Assembly (NCBI RefSeq): GCF_048593235.1
Contig: NC_133618.1
Coordinates: forward strand, 611,400,889 to 611,464,888
Reading direction: 5' to 3'
Origin: Sminthopsis crassicaudata
Lineage: Eukaryota
DNA: 64,000 nt
Part shown: positions 1 to 12,749 of the stretch, in pieces
Position numbering within the stretch: the stretch's first letter is position 1
Layout of the letters: every line of letters starts with the position of its first letter
Notes under the pieces: model-generated
The model's input: only the letters and a program-made list of their open reading frames with translations
What the model was told of the DNA's origin: nothing
Database searches by the model: none
Position numbers and translations under genes: made by a program

Positions 1-35
1 ACTTGGAAATGCTTTTAAAATTTAGTGGAAGTCTC

Positions 36-199
36 TTAGATAATTGGATTAGATTGGTTCATTTCCTCTAACATCCCAGTAACTATTTGGTCATTTGATA
101 AAGAGTGTATATCAAGAATACTGTGCATTAAATTAGTGTTTGTAGATATTTTAAGAATTCTGTGGTTCTTAGCAACTTCTGCCTCTCTTTCTGCCATTG
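36..199 (-). CDS. Putative terminal coding exon of an unidentified minus-strand gene (AMAEREAEVAKNHRILK...LEEMNQSNPII*)
   Basis: Acceptor ttttcaatcacag|ca atg, then 53 open codons to TAA at 36-38. Phase 1 start matches the candidate exon at 1817-1962. No homologue recognised. Confidence 0.35.
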
Positions 200-309
200 C
201 TGTGATTGAAAATGTCATATTTATTTCAAGGAATGGATAATAGTTTGGTTTAGATGGAATATTAAGCATATAAAGGGAGCATATAATATAAAATAAGACT
301 AGAAATGTA

Positions 310-624
310 GGGTTAATGGGAACAGAGTGTAGAACACAATATAACATTCTCTGTTGTTATTTGCTTACATTTTGTTTTCTTAGCTTTCTTTTTCTTCCTT
401 CTGGATCTGGTTTTTCTTGTGCAACAAGATAACTATATAAATATGGATACATATATTGGATCTAATATGTATTTAAACATATTTAACATGTATTAGACTA
501 CCTGCCAGCTGGGGGGGGGTGGGGAGGAGGAGGGGAAAAGTTGGAACAAAAGATTATTCAGGGGTCAATGTTGGAAAAATGTATATGCTTTGTAAATAAA
601 AAGCTTTACTTTAAAAAAAAAAAA
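310..624 (+). mobile_element. 5'-truncated L1 (3' UTR plus poly-A)
   Basis: Marsupial L1 3' UTR motifs (tttttcttgtgcaacaagataact, G-rich tract, aataaaaagct), A-tail, 9-bp TSD agaaatgta at 301-309 and 625-633. Confidence 0.85.
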
Positions 625-1816
625 AGAAATGTACTGTTAGAATTAAATACAATATGGGGTCCAATTGGCACAACCTCAAGTAAAACACTTTAGAGCCTAG
701 TCAGGTCCCAGTCCCAACCTGAGTCCTGGTTCTACAATCAATCCAGAAAAAGTTGAATATAACACCTTACAATGGCCACAGGAATGCTTCGTGCCCCAAA
801 GCTGCTGCTATTCATTTACAGAACATTGTAACCTCCACAACTGCTTGACATATAGATAGGAAAGTTATTGTGGTCATTATAGGGATTGGAAGAAACCAAG
901 TCAAATGTGAACAAGAGCCATGAGGCTTCCAGAACAGCATCACTACTGCTACCCTGGTGGCTGACACCTTGCCTTCTTACTCCTGCATCTTCTCCTGATG
1001 GAGAAGCTTGTCCAGCTGGCCAGCCAGATTTGTGACATGTGGGTTCTGAGGCTGTGCCAGAAATATCCAATAATGGCAGCTATCAAGAGAACGCAGATCA
1101 GAGAAATTCAGGGATGACTCTCTCGCACCACACTTCTGACGTGTTTGCTTCCAATTGACCAACCTTCTAGTGCTAGTACTCAGTCAAGCACACATAGAGT
1201 GGTCATTGGGCCCATACCTGAAGCCATTCTATCTTAGAAGGACCTTCTATATCTTGGACCCTAATAGCATAACCTTCAAGAACCCAGGGACATGTCCATG
1301 TCATAATTAAGCATTGGAGAAAGACCCTACAAGGAATATAGTTTGTTAAAAGAAAGAAAGAAAACAAGCCTTTAAGTACCCAACAGGTGCTAAGAATTTT
1401 TCAGTGATTTTCCTAAGGGACATGGCTAGTTAGAGGTGGACCTGGAACTAGAATCCTGATCACTCAGCTTTGTCAGTGCTTTGTAATGCACTATACCTAT
1501 ACATTATACTACACTGGCTCCCTCCCTTAGAGATGGGGTGAGAGATGATAACAATAAATATTCTCTAATTCTTTGAAAACCTTTAGTTCTGGGTTACAAA
1601 CAAGCTATCAGAGAAATTGGAACCAAAAAGTGGATCCCCCATCTCTTTCTAATTCTTAAAATTCTGGATAGTAGGCAGTTTGGCTCTGAAGAAAGCTTTC
1701 TAAGGAAACATCATCATTGCATTTCTTTCTTTGTAGCTAAAGAACAATAGAACTAGGTCTTAGAAAGACATAACTGTCAATGGGAAGAGGCAGTTTTAAA
1801 CAGTAAGTTAAATCAC

Positions 1817-1962
1817 CTTTTCTGTCTTTGTGACATCTGTGCCCAGGAATTGGAATACTCTCTACATTAAATTTTGGGGTTTTCCTTATTTGATCTTGAG
1901 GCAACTCACTATTTAACAAGTTTTTTCCTTCCCTATCCTCAGACTTCTTTATTGTTAACACA
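1817..1962 (-). CDS. Putative internal exon (VLTIKKSEDREGKNLL...HRCHKDRK)
   Basis: Acceptor tgtatcttcctag|t gtg, weak donor aaag|gtgatt, 48 open codons, phase 2 to 1. Confidence 0.25.
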
Positions 1963-4099
1963 CTAGGAAGATACAGATCATGTCATATGAGCTGCTGGAG
2001 TCAGAGGTATTGCTGGGTAAGCTGATGCTGGTCAGAAGGGAGGAAGGGAGGAAGTTGGGGAAGCTTAAGATTTTAAAAAATTGAGAAGCATGGAGGGATG
2101 TTGTTGATATTCATCATATGACAGTGTCAGAATTCTCCCCAGTGCATCACTTAGAGGGGTGTGGTACAAAGGCACCCACAACCTCATTTCTGTACTCCAT
2201 CTTTGGGGCTAGGCCTAGGATGCTTGTCTCCACTGTCACTCTGCTCATATCTCCCAGGGGCATTACTATGGTATTTGAAGAAAAAGGATTATATGATGAT
2301 GTTTCCTTAAAATTCTGGACAGCTTACAGGAAACAATGAGATGGAAAATCAGTAAAGGGAATAGAAAAGAGCAAAGAAGTTTGAAATTTTGATGAAGAGC
2401 AGCATATTAAATGATAAGCACTTTGGAAATAATAAGCATTTTGGAACCAGCAATGCAGATAACATTTAATGGGGTTAAGCTAGGGACACTCACTTCACTG
2501 GATGAACTGAACTTTTCAATGCATACTGAGCAGTTTCTACTTGTGGGAAAGGGCCTCCTATCGTGCCATATACTACTACAGAGATAATCTCAGAAATGGA
2601 AGGCAGAGATAATCTAATCCAACTAATTCACTTTATAGATGAAGAAACTGAAGTTCAGAAAAGTGAAATAATTTGCTCAATGTCACATGGTTACCTAGTG
2701 GCCAAGACAGGAGTAGAATCCAAGTCATAAATAATCACCTGAATGAAAGTGTGAATTTTTACTTGCTCAATTTAATCTTATGATTTTAGGGAAACATTTC
2801 TCAAATTTAAGAATAAGTTCTCAGGTCCTCTGCTAGATCAGAAATTGTCAGCTTCAGTCAATCTGTAATAAAGGGTAAGACAACTAAACATTTAAGTAAA
2901 TACAATTTATCAAAGATAGGCATTGGTCATTTCTCATATGAGAACATTATTTATTAATCTATTAAGAAAGAACTGGGTGAGTACGTGACCACCAAAGGAA
3001 CAAAGGGGGTGGAAAGTTAGGATTTGAATTCTATAAATGAGGAGAAAAGAAGTAGATAATTAGATTTAAAAAATAAAACCTTGATGCTAATTAGAATTCT
3101 ATTTAAAATCCTTTCTCAAAGAACAGCTAATGGGAGCTTCCATTTACATTAGATATTGGCAGAAATCTGCTAATTACCAATGGAGATCATCCGGACCAAG
3201 TATCCTCTCACAGATAAGGTAGGATGCTTTCTATGAATAAAGCATTTCCTAAGAGACCGAGTACTGAACCCCATTGCATTGTCGAAGTCTTATGAGTCGG
3301 TCACAAGATCTACCAAAAGGAGTGATGGGGGACTGAGTGTCTTACTTCCAGAAAATAGGAAGGACAAAGGAAATTTTTCAATGACCTAAAGAGAATCAGT
3401 AGGTTCTATTTTTTTTTCTGTCACTACCACATAGTACACATGTGACCAGATATTCCTCTATTCAATTATAAATTCCAGTGGCTATCTGTTATGTCTAGGA
3501 TCAAATGTAGATTTCTTTGGCATTTAAAACCCTTTACATATCTTTCTGATATTAAAATACATTCTTCCCTTTCTTGCACTCTACATTCCAACCTATTTGA
3601 TGTTCCTTCCACTCATATAAAACCCAACTCAAATATTAATAGACAATTAAGGTATTAACCATTTAAATAAGATATTCTCTATTAAGTCCACATAAAGGAA
3701 GAAGAATAGAATATTGTAGTTAGTCCCAGCAAGAAAATCCTGAAAAGTCAATATGCCTAGGACTTGAACCCAAGGAGCCTTTGAAATTGGAACTTGGTGG
3801 AATTGTTGTATTTAGGAACTGAACTAAGCTGTGAACCTAATCCCTTTTCTCTGACAAGAGAATGAAGTGATAAAGCAGGATTATGTCCCCTCAGCTGTTA
3901 TGGGCATGTTTGTATGTGTATTCTTTCTACATCTTTGCAGCACATATTCCTTTGTGAAAGCTAACCCAACTGTTGGGTGGATAAATGGAACAGGGATGCA
4001 AAGGGCCCCCTAAAATTTAGAGAACATCAATGGACATTGGAGCCAATGGAAGAGACACTCTCAAACACCAATAAGAATAATGGAGAACTTCGGTGGAAG

Positions 4100-5190
4100 A
4101 GAAAAATCTAACTTACCTGGCCTTTAGGTACAGTGGACTAGAAAAGTTAGTGTTACATGTGTAAAGGTATGAAGAATAGATAAAAAGGGAAATTTTACTT
4201 TGTAGGAAAAACTGAGACTTTGATAGATGGGACTCATAACTGGAATAAATATATGGAAAAATATGCTTTATTCAAAGGGAATAAAATAGATAAATGAAGT
4301 AGTAGAATAGTATTACATATTATGAAGATATACTTGTGTGAGGAAATTCAGGAACCCCAGGTAGAAAGCCTGGTTGTTAGCATTTTGTGAGGGTCAACTA
4401 CTGTAGAAATAGAAATGATATCTTAGTGGAAGTATACAATAGACCATCTTCATATAAGAAAGACATAACTGAAGGGATCAGGAAACCATTTACATGCCTG
4501 GATTATGGAAACATGATATAGTCGTGGAGAGGGATTTTAAATACCCAGGCAAGATGTTCTCTCTCTCTGACAAAAAATAAAACAGAGCAGGTAATAAATG
4601 GCAAATGAACTCTTCAAAACTGTGATGAAAATGAAGGGGTGAGCTATTATTATGGATCTGATTCTGACAAAGCAGAACATATTGCTGAAGTAGAGATGTT
4701 GGAAACTTGGTAAGAAATGAGTGTGCCATTTTAGAATTTAGATGGAGAAAAAGAAAGTCAGCAAAAGTCTAATGTGCATCTTAGATTTGAAAGCAACAAA
4801 TTGGAGTTTCAAGAAAGAATAGGCAGGAGCCAATGGTCTAAATTCTATAAAGAAAATTAGTTTAAAAGGCATAACAAGTTCACAAGAATGAAATCTTAAC
4901 AACTATAACATGCATATTTCCAAGAAAAAGTAAAGGGACAAGTCACTTGAAGAGAATTATGCAAATATACAGTGAATTTTATCAATTTAAAGGGAAAACA
5001 CATGTATAGAAGAGAGAAAAAAACTCAGGTAATGAAGGATGAATACAATGAAAATAACTCAGAAAAAACTGAGGCTTGTTATGAATTCTAAGGCCTCAAA
5101 AGGGCTTTCTGGGACAATGCTGTGGGCAAGATGGAGAAGTGAATATTTTCTCTGATCTTCATGACCTTTCAAGTCTCTTTGAAAATAGGA
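4100..5190 (+). mobile_element. L3/CR1 LINE fragment (endonuclease region, degraded)
   Basis: Degenerate translation resembles CR1 ORF2 motifs: gatgggactcataactggaat (WDGTHDWN-like), TLFKRNR-like and CEEIQE-like segments. Confidence 0.7.
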
Positions 5191-5229
5191 TCATGTGGTA
5201 GAGGTAAAGCAATCATTATTTCTCTCCTT

Positions 5230-6700
5230 GCTCTAGGATATCAAGAACCTAAAGAGCAGAGGAGGTTAATTCCCTAAACCTCCCACAAACTTAATACCCC
5301 CTCCTCCATCATCACCACAATCTGGGCAGCAGAGCCACACAAGTCAATCCACTTGGTTGCCACAGAACTCAGCTCTTTACCCCAAATCTCTTTCTTTCCC
5401 TCCAGTTCTGTAGAGAGCCAGAGGGTAGAGATTTGCTCAGGTTGTGATAGCAGCAAGGTATTGTAATGCTCTGTACTTCATCAGAGCTAGGCCTCAGAGT
5501 TTAAGAGAGAAAGGGTACTGAGGCAGGATATATATGTGGGGGACTATAGAGTACTTCACTCTTTCAGAGAAAGAACTCTGAATTCAGGTAGGGCTAGTTC
5601 TATCCCCTCAGGAAGCATCTGGGAAAGAGATGTAGGCTTGTGAATTGTGAATTGCCCAGCATGAGAGATTGAGATAGTTTTGAGATCAAGCCCCCAGGAA
5701 AGTTGACACTTGAAGGGGATAAAATCAGAAAGTGAGCAACAAAAGGAGAATTTTTTAAAAGACTGAAATTATCAAAGATCTCAGGAAGAAGAAAACTCAA
5801 AGTCCTTGAGCATAAACAGATAAACCAACAGGGAAGCTATCAAGAAAAGAAAGGAAAATAGCTTCCATATTAGGAAAAAAAAGTTCAGGAATCTATGAAT
5901 ACATATTTATAAGACAAAGGAAATTAATCAACATCTGATGAAGCATAGGATCCTGTGGATTCTTAAGAAAGCATGGGACCAAAGCAAGATTTTCCTGAAT
6001 GGAATAAAAGACAAGAATTATAAAAGCAGAATTCATGGCTTGCATAGCAGAAATAATTGAGAGTAGGAAAATTTCAGTCCATTGTTGTAAGTTTCAATAA
6101 AGATAGAAAAAAAGATAATGCATTGGGAGTGCAAATACATAGAAGTGAAGAACAATCTGGAAGGAAGAAAAGCAATAACACTGAAAGAAAGCATGATTTC
6201 CATATAAGCAAAATATATTGATCTTGAAGACAGAATTGCAAAGATAATTTAAGGCTTATGGGTCTCTAAAAATAAAAGGTGTCAAGTCAAAAAAACCTAG
6301 GCACCTTAATACAAGAAATAATATAATAGAATTTTGGAACACAGAAGACAAAGTGCCAGTTGAAAGAATCCATAGATCATTTTCAGAAAAACAAAACAAA
6401 GCCAAAAAACCTATGCTGCAAACTCTAAGACCCATATTGGTTAAATTGAACAATTCCACTGACAAATAACAAATTCTGCAAGCAACTAGGGAAAAGACCT
6501 TCAAACATAATGGAAAAGAAATTCAAATTAACACGCGACTTCCACACTCTCCCAAAACTGTTTGAGGGAATGGAATATGTTCTGAAGAATAAAGGCACTT
6601 GAGATGTAGCTTAAGGTAATGTAAACCCTGCAAATCTGAGCCTAAGCATAAATTTTTAAAAATGGATATTCAGTGAGGAGGTATTTAATTAAAACATTCC
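5230..6700 (+). mobile_element. Old L1/HAL1-type 5' region with degraded ORF1
   Basis: Frame-disrupted L1 ORF1 motifs: IDLEDRIAKDNLRLMGL, ERIHRS, RPILVKLNN, QILQATREKTFKHNGKEIQI, REWNMF, PANLS. No ORF2 seen downstream. Confidence 0.75.
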
Positions 6701-7449
6701 TAGAAAGAAAGCAGGGTATGAAAAAATTATTTGCTTCTCAACCCCCCTGAGCAAGACAAATACAATAAGGATAACAAAAACAGCAACTAAGTACAATAGC
6801 AACACTAGAATAACAACAGAAACTGTAAGAGATTCCTTCCCCTATGTACACAAAGTAACAAGAATGAAAGAAAGAAGTTAAGTGGAAGTGATGGTAGAGA
6901 AATAAGTCTGAAATATCATAGACTAACTCTACACAACACCCAATGACAGGTAAATCAATGTGTTTAGTTTGTTTGTTTTGTGGACTAAATTACAGAAAGG
7001 GAAGGCATATAAACCAAGGGAGTAAGGAAGAAGATAGGGAAGAATTTGTGATATATCCTAGTCAAAGCAAAGGCTAACAATGAAAGGAAAGTAACTCCTG
7101 TAGTCTCTCAGGAAGACGAGAAATTATAAGGAGAATAGGTGGAGTGGGATTGAAAAATGGGAAAGAAAGGAGAAACTTTGTTTCAGTGGTGAGAGATGCT
7201 AGCACTGATGAATGCTCCTATGGAAAAAGGAAGAGTATAAAAAAGAAGTGGGAAGGATTTGCTTTTTAGAAAGACAACTCATTCTAGGAACAGCTGATTT
7301 CAAGAAGAGTGGGAGAGTATGGATTCAGGAAAAAGACAATGAAGAAAATATAGCGAGGAGGAATGACCAAGGAGAGAGCAAAATTCAATAATTAATTGCA
7401 TAATCAGAGACATGTAAACTTCCATAGGGCAGGCAATTCCTCTCTGTTA

Positions 7450-7680
7450 CCTGCAGGAATTGGCATTTTTTAAAAGTATGCTTTAATATGTATCCAGACA
7501 CAATCAGTTCTTTCTCTGAGTATGGATAGCATTTTTCATCATGTCCTTCAGAGTAGTATTTTATCATTGTATTGCTGAGAATAGCATTCACTGCTGATCA
7601 CTGCATAACATTGCTATTACTTTGTACATAGTACATTTCACTTTTCATAAGCTCATGGAGAATGTTCCAGGTTTTTTTAA
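7450..7680 (-). mobile_element. Older L1-type 3' UTR fragment
   Basis: Reverse complement reads as marsupial L1 3' UTR (aaaagtgaaatgtactatgtacaaagtaatagcaatgtt...atccatactcagagaaagaactga). Confidence 0.6.
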
Positions 7681-7690
7681 ATCAAAGTTG

Positions 7691-8399
7691 TTTTTTGTTG
7701 TTTTTTTTTTAATTTTCAACATCCACCCTTGCAAAACCTTATGTTCCATTTTTTTCTCCCTCTCTTTCCCCCCACCCTTCCCCTAGATGTAATTCAATAT
7801 ATGTTAAACATGTGCAATTCTATACATTTCCACAATTATTGTGCTGCACAAGAAAAAATCAGATCAAAAAGGAAAAAAATTAGAAAGAAAACAAAATTGC
7901 AAGGAAACTACAATAAAAAGTGAAAATACTATGTTGTGATCCACACTCAGTCCCCACAGTCTTTCTCTGGGTGCAGATGACTCTCTCCATCACAAGACCA
8001 TAACAACTGGCCTGAATTACCTCGTTGAAAAGAGCCACCAGAATTGATCATCATGCAAACTTATTGTTGCTATGTACAATGTTTTATTGGTAATAATCAC
8101 TTCACTTAGCATCAGTTTATGTAAGCCTCTCCAGACCTCTCTGAAATCATTCTGCTGATCGTTTCTTATAGAACAATAATATTCCATTACCTTTATCTAC
8201 CATAACTTATTCAGCCATTCATTCCACTGATGGGCATCCACTCAGTTTCCAGTTTGTGGCCATTACAAAAAATGCTGCTACAAACATTTTTGCACATGTG
8301 GGTCCTTTCCCCTTTTTAATGATCTCTTTGGGACACAGACCTAGTAGAGACACAACTGGATCACAGAGTATATACAGTTTGATAGCCATTTGGACATAG
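7691..8399 (-). mobile_element. L1 3' end (ORF2 C-terminus plus 3' UTR)
   Basis: Poly-T at 7691, then antisense L1 3' UTR and ORF2 end (ggatgcccatcagtggaatgaatggctgaataagttatgg). Confidence 0.85.
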
Positions 8400-9459
8400 A
8401 GGAACTGATATTTTTAAGAGTGAGGCACAACAGTAAAAGGGAGTCATGGGCAAGTTGTACAAGTCAATAATAGAATTTCATTGGAAAAAATAATCCAAAA
8501 TAGGGCATCACAAAAAATTTAATCTCCCAAAGAACATAGAGAATAAAGAAGAACTAAAAGAGAAGAGCAGTGGATCAAAAGTCTAGAATAAATAGAAATG
8601 AAAGTTAAATAATAGAGAGAAAGAGAGAAGAAAAATCATTTTTAGAAAGAGGTACATAAAGAGGTAGTATACCAAAAAAGTTGAAGAGGAGAAGAAAAAA
8701 GGAGATTCTACTTAACTGATTACTTAACTGAGAAGAAAAAGAGAGGAGAAGACTTAAATAACTAGATAAAATCAAGAGAGTAAAAGGAACTAAACATAGG
8801 AAAAAATTTTCCAAGTGGGGAAAAAGGTAAAAAATGGGATAGGACTTGAGGGGAAGAGAATTAGTGGAAATTGCATTGCCTTAAAAACAGATTAAGCTAA
8901 ATACCTGAAGAGGTATAGTACTGAGTTTACTGAGGAAGGTATAAATCTTGACTTGAGGGGAAAGACCCCAATATTAAAGAAAAATATAAGCATAATTTTC
9001 AACTTTAAATATGAATGGAAGGGAACAAGGAAAGAGATGAGTGCTTACTGTGTGCCAGGCCCTGTGCTACTATTTTTTGTTGGGAAAAAAAGTTGAAATT
9101 CAAGTTAAGTAGGAATGTAAGCAGTATGAGAACTAAGTTTCCTCTAGTGAGTTAAGTTCACCAAGCTCAGAAGAAACATCCCAAAATACCAAAAGAACTG
9201 ATGTTTTTTGATTTACTATTACTGATAGAAAAGGCACATTGTAGTTTATCTAGTTTGAAAATAATTATCATAACAAAAATTTAAATTTTTTTTTTAAATC
9301 TTGAGTTACCATGAATTTGGTGAAATTTTGGAATCTCTCTTTTGTAATTTCTTTCAATAGATAGAGGTAATAAGTCTCATGGGAAAATTAGTCTCATAAA
9401 TTCTTATTTTTATCCAAAATAATATTATGCTGCTTGAGCATTCAACTTATTCAGAATAT

Positions 9460-9590
9460 TTAGTTCCAAACAAGTCTTTGCCAATTTCAGAATTCAATTC
9501 TATCCTCAAAGGCTGAAAGCAATCCCCAAAGAACAGTTTTTAAAAAAAGATAGGTTGAGTATCATGAATTGGTATATTATGGTCTTCCAT
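9460..9590 (+). mobile_element. Short internally deleted mariner-like fossil
   Basis: Translates to LVPNKSLPISEFNSILKG and LKAIPKEQF, resembling the mariner C-terminal LAPxDFWLFPKxKxxLKG and LKAIPKEEF motifs. Confidence 0.35.
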
Positions 9591-10249
9591 ACTAAAGGCT
9601 TTGGAAACTGCTATTTAACTTTGTATGTGATTTCTAATATATTTGTTTAAAAAATCCAGTTTCCATATTTAGCAATAAATAATGAAGTCTGGACATGAGA
9701 AAGTGACCCTTTAATCCCCATTATACAATAATATACCACCAAAGAGAGGAGCAACAAATCAAATTTAACAAGAGCAAAAATTCCAGATTTTGGGTGGTAC
9801 TTGGGGGATTACTTCTTGGTATGAGTTGGACTAGATGGCCACCAAAGCCCTTTCCAATTCTCAAATTCTGTGATTCTAAGAATTAAGCCACTAAACTTTG
9901 AGCTGTTTGAGTGTTTTGTTTTGTTTTGCCTTTCTTTGTATATCCAGTGTTTATCTCAGTGCCTGAGACATAGTAGGTGATTAATAAATGCTTTTTGACT
10001 TGAAACTTTCCATGAGGTTCAGCTGCCTCATCTGTAAAATGAAAGGGATACACTAGATGACCTCTAAGGTCCCTTTTAGCTCTAGCTTTAAATATGTTAT
10101 CTGCCAGTAGGCCCACTCAAGAGGCACCAGAAGGTCTGGCCTTGAGTTTGCCGGAATAATACTTAAGTATTTATTGCTCCACTGTCTAAGGATATAGAAA
10201 AAAAAAGTATCTTGAGCTATCGTTGTCCCATTGGGGAAAAGAATTCTCA

Positions 10250-10600
10250 CTAAGAGATTGGAACAATGAATACTTTGAAGAATGGTTTGGTCAGACTTAT
10301 ATGAACTGATGCCAAGTGAAGTGACAGAACTAGAAAATAACTCATATTAAACCTTCGGTATTAAAAAAAATTCTGAAAAATTCAACAAACCATGATTTTG
10401 GAGGAGTTATAAAGAAAATGCTATCTATTTCATAACAGACTGAAGACATAATATACAGAATAAGAAACACATTTTTGGATGTGATCAGCCTTGATGCAAG
10501 GACTCTTTATTTCTTTTTCTTTCCTTTTGGCTTTTATTCTTTTTATATGTCTCTTTTACTCTTTCTCTTTCTTTTATTCTTTCTGCCTGACTTCCTTTCT
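10250..10600 (+). mobile_element. L1-type 3' UTR fragment
   Basis: gacttatatgaactgatgccaagtgaagtgacagaac...atgctatctatttcataacag, running into a pyrimidine tail. Confidence 0.55.
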
Positions 10601-10605
10601 TTTGC

Positions 10606-10692
10606 TTTCCTTCCTTCCTTCCTTCCTTCCTTCCTTCCTTCCTTCCTTCCTTCCTTCCTTCCTTCCTTCCTTCCTTCCTTCCTTCCTTCCTC
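10606..10692. repeat. (CCTT)n microsatellite
   Basis: About 20 tandem CCTT units. Explains the three overlapping ORFs at 10475-10757. Confidence 0.97.
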
Positions 10693-11189
10693 TTCCTCAT
10701 TTTCCATTGAGAGGGAGAAAGAAGCAAATGCTTGATAATTGGGAAAAAAAAACTTAGGAAAAAATATAGCTGAACACAGTAAGGGTAATGTCTAAGGAAA
10801 TAGAGAAGTACAGAACTTCACATTGAAATTGGCAGCCTAGGTAGATGTAAATGGAGATTGCCTAGTAATTAAAAGGAATGACTGAAAATGATTAATACTA
10901 CTTCTCTGTATACTGTAAATTCATTCCTCCGTAGTATAGATTAAAGAATTGGTTCTGCCTCCAACCATGACTTTCAAAAAAGGAAATCATGAATGTAAAA
11001 TTGGGAGCATGACCAGTCATTCACCAGAAAGAGGAAAGAGCTCCACCTCGTGGATTTCTCGGATGGTGTTGATGGAGAATGGGACCCAGGCATCTGGGCA
11101 GCAGATCTGGGAGTATTCAGAAGTGAGTGAGAAGGTCCTAGGACGGCCACCATGTGGTATCCCTCTGACTTGCATAAGATGAATGCTCT

Positions 11190-11500
11190 GAGAGATTGTG
11201 ATTAAAGTTTATAAAATTTTGTAGGGTATAGATGGGGTGAACATTGATGTGTGTCAAGTCAAGGAATACTGGAATCAGGGATATTTCCTGACACTTCAAA
11301 GAGGTGGCTTTGAATCAAATGAAAGGGAATTCTACATTGCAGGGTATAAAATAACCTTACAGAAATCCTTATGCCACGAGAGGATATAGACTAAAAACTC
11401 AAATAAGTTCAAGAAGGCTTTAGATAAATTCATGCTTGTAGCTACACAGCAAGTTATTGTGGATGACAGGGATAGTTGGAGAATATTTGTAATCTTTCAA
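11190..11500 (+). mobile_element. CR1-family (L3b/CR1_Mam-like) 3' end
   Basis: aataagttcaagaaggctttagataaattcatg is a typical CR1 3' terminal motif. Confidence 0.55.
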
Positions 11501-12228
11501 GATTGACATCATGGAAGACAATCATGGTCAACCACAAACATCCCATATTGTCACTATTAGAGGCTTAATCCTGACCTAGATGAACCATTTGTCTTGATCC
11601 TCTGTAATATTTCCTCTGGTCTTATTTTATGCCATGCACCTTGACTCAGAAATGTCTTAGCAAACCTTTTAATGGATTCATACATATATAATGTAGGAGC
11701 AGTAGCTCAGACAACTGGCAACATTATTCAGTCTACAAAATTATAAATATTTGATTTTAAGGCAATATTATCATAAATGCTTGCTCTACTGAAAAGCTTC
11801 AAGTTCATAGTTTTAATTTACGTCTTTAAAAATCTTAATGAAATGTATTCCAGTTGTCACTCCATAGGGAGAGGATGTATTTCAGGGGCTTCAGATGAAT
11901 TCAGATGAAGGGATTATCTACTGTCTTGATTTTTCTCTCCTTATGAAGACAGTCTATTTATGGTGTATTATGTCCAAATACAGAAAGACTTGACATTGGT
12001 CACCAAATAATGGAGGGCTATAGACAGGTCCACTGCATGAGTCTCCTTTTAATTGAGCTGAGGGGAATGCAGAAGAACTAATTGTGCATATTTGAAAATA
12101 AGAGGGGCTATATAGGAATCCAGGGACTGTCTGCCAGGGCCTGAAAGGAAATGCTATCTGGTTTTGCCTTTGCAGGGAAGAATCTAAGGAGAAATCAATA
12201 AAAGGATTTAATTGCAGCTTTTTTTTAA

Positions 12229-12440
12229 CCACATTTGGCTCCAAATAACTTTTGGTTGATTCCCCCAAATCAAATGTACCTTCAAAGATGAAAGGGTCAC
12301 TACTTTTGGGGATAGTCAAAAAAGTGTGCAATAGGCTCTGAAGGCAATTCCCAAAGATGAAGTCCAAAAAAAATCTCTAGCAACATAATTAGAATAAGAG
12401 CATAAGCTCCCAAGGTGACTGCTTTTAAGGAAATAACACA
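12229..12440 (+). mobile_element. Tc1/mariner transposase C-terminal fossil
   Basis: With one frameshift reads PHLAPNNFWLIP / KIKCTFKDERVTTFGDSQKSVQ*ALKAIPKDEVQK, matching the mariner YSPDLAPxDFWLFPKxK...ALKAIPKEEFQKCF region. Confidence 0.7.
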
Positions 12441-12749
12441 TTTGGATGTGTGAGTTGATGTGCATATGTGAGAATCAATCTTGTTTCCTTATGGCCATAT
12501 CTCATACTACAGTTTTGTGCTCAATATAAAATTCCATTTTCCCCTTGATCGGTAAAGAGGACTTTTACCTAATAATCATGTAGGAATAATTAAAAGTTCT
12601 GACATAAGATGTCAGATCCATATGATTTTCTAAGGTTACAGAAATTTAAGACTTTTCCTAGTTTACCTGACCAAGAACAACAACTCCCACATCCACTTCT
12701 ACTTCTATAGATTTTTACTGAGTATCTGCATTTGTGCAAGCTGATGTTA

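Noticed and set aside
960-1120. Faint resemblance of LASQICDMW...MAAIKRTQI to bornavirus nucleoprotein, and of THRVVIGPIPEAIL (about 1190-1230) to ERVL protease
   Set aside because: Only scattered identities, and the flanking sequence does not extend either alignment. Left as unassigned.
4108-4122. acttacctgg, similar to the U1 snRNA 5' end
   Set aside because: About 11 nt only, with no further U1 sequence.
10475-10757. Three overlapping ORFs with LPSF/EGRK repeats
   Set aside because: Translations of the (CCTT)n microsatellite.
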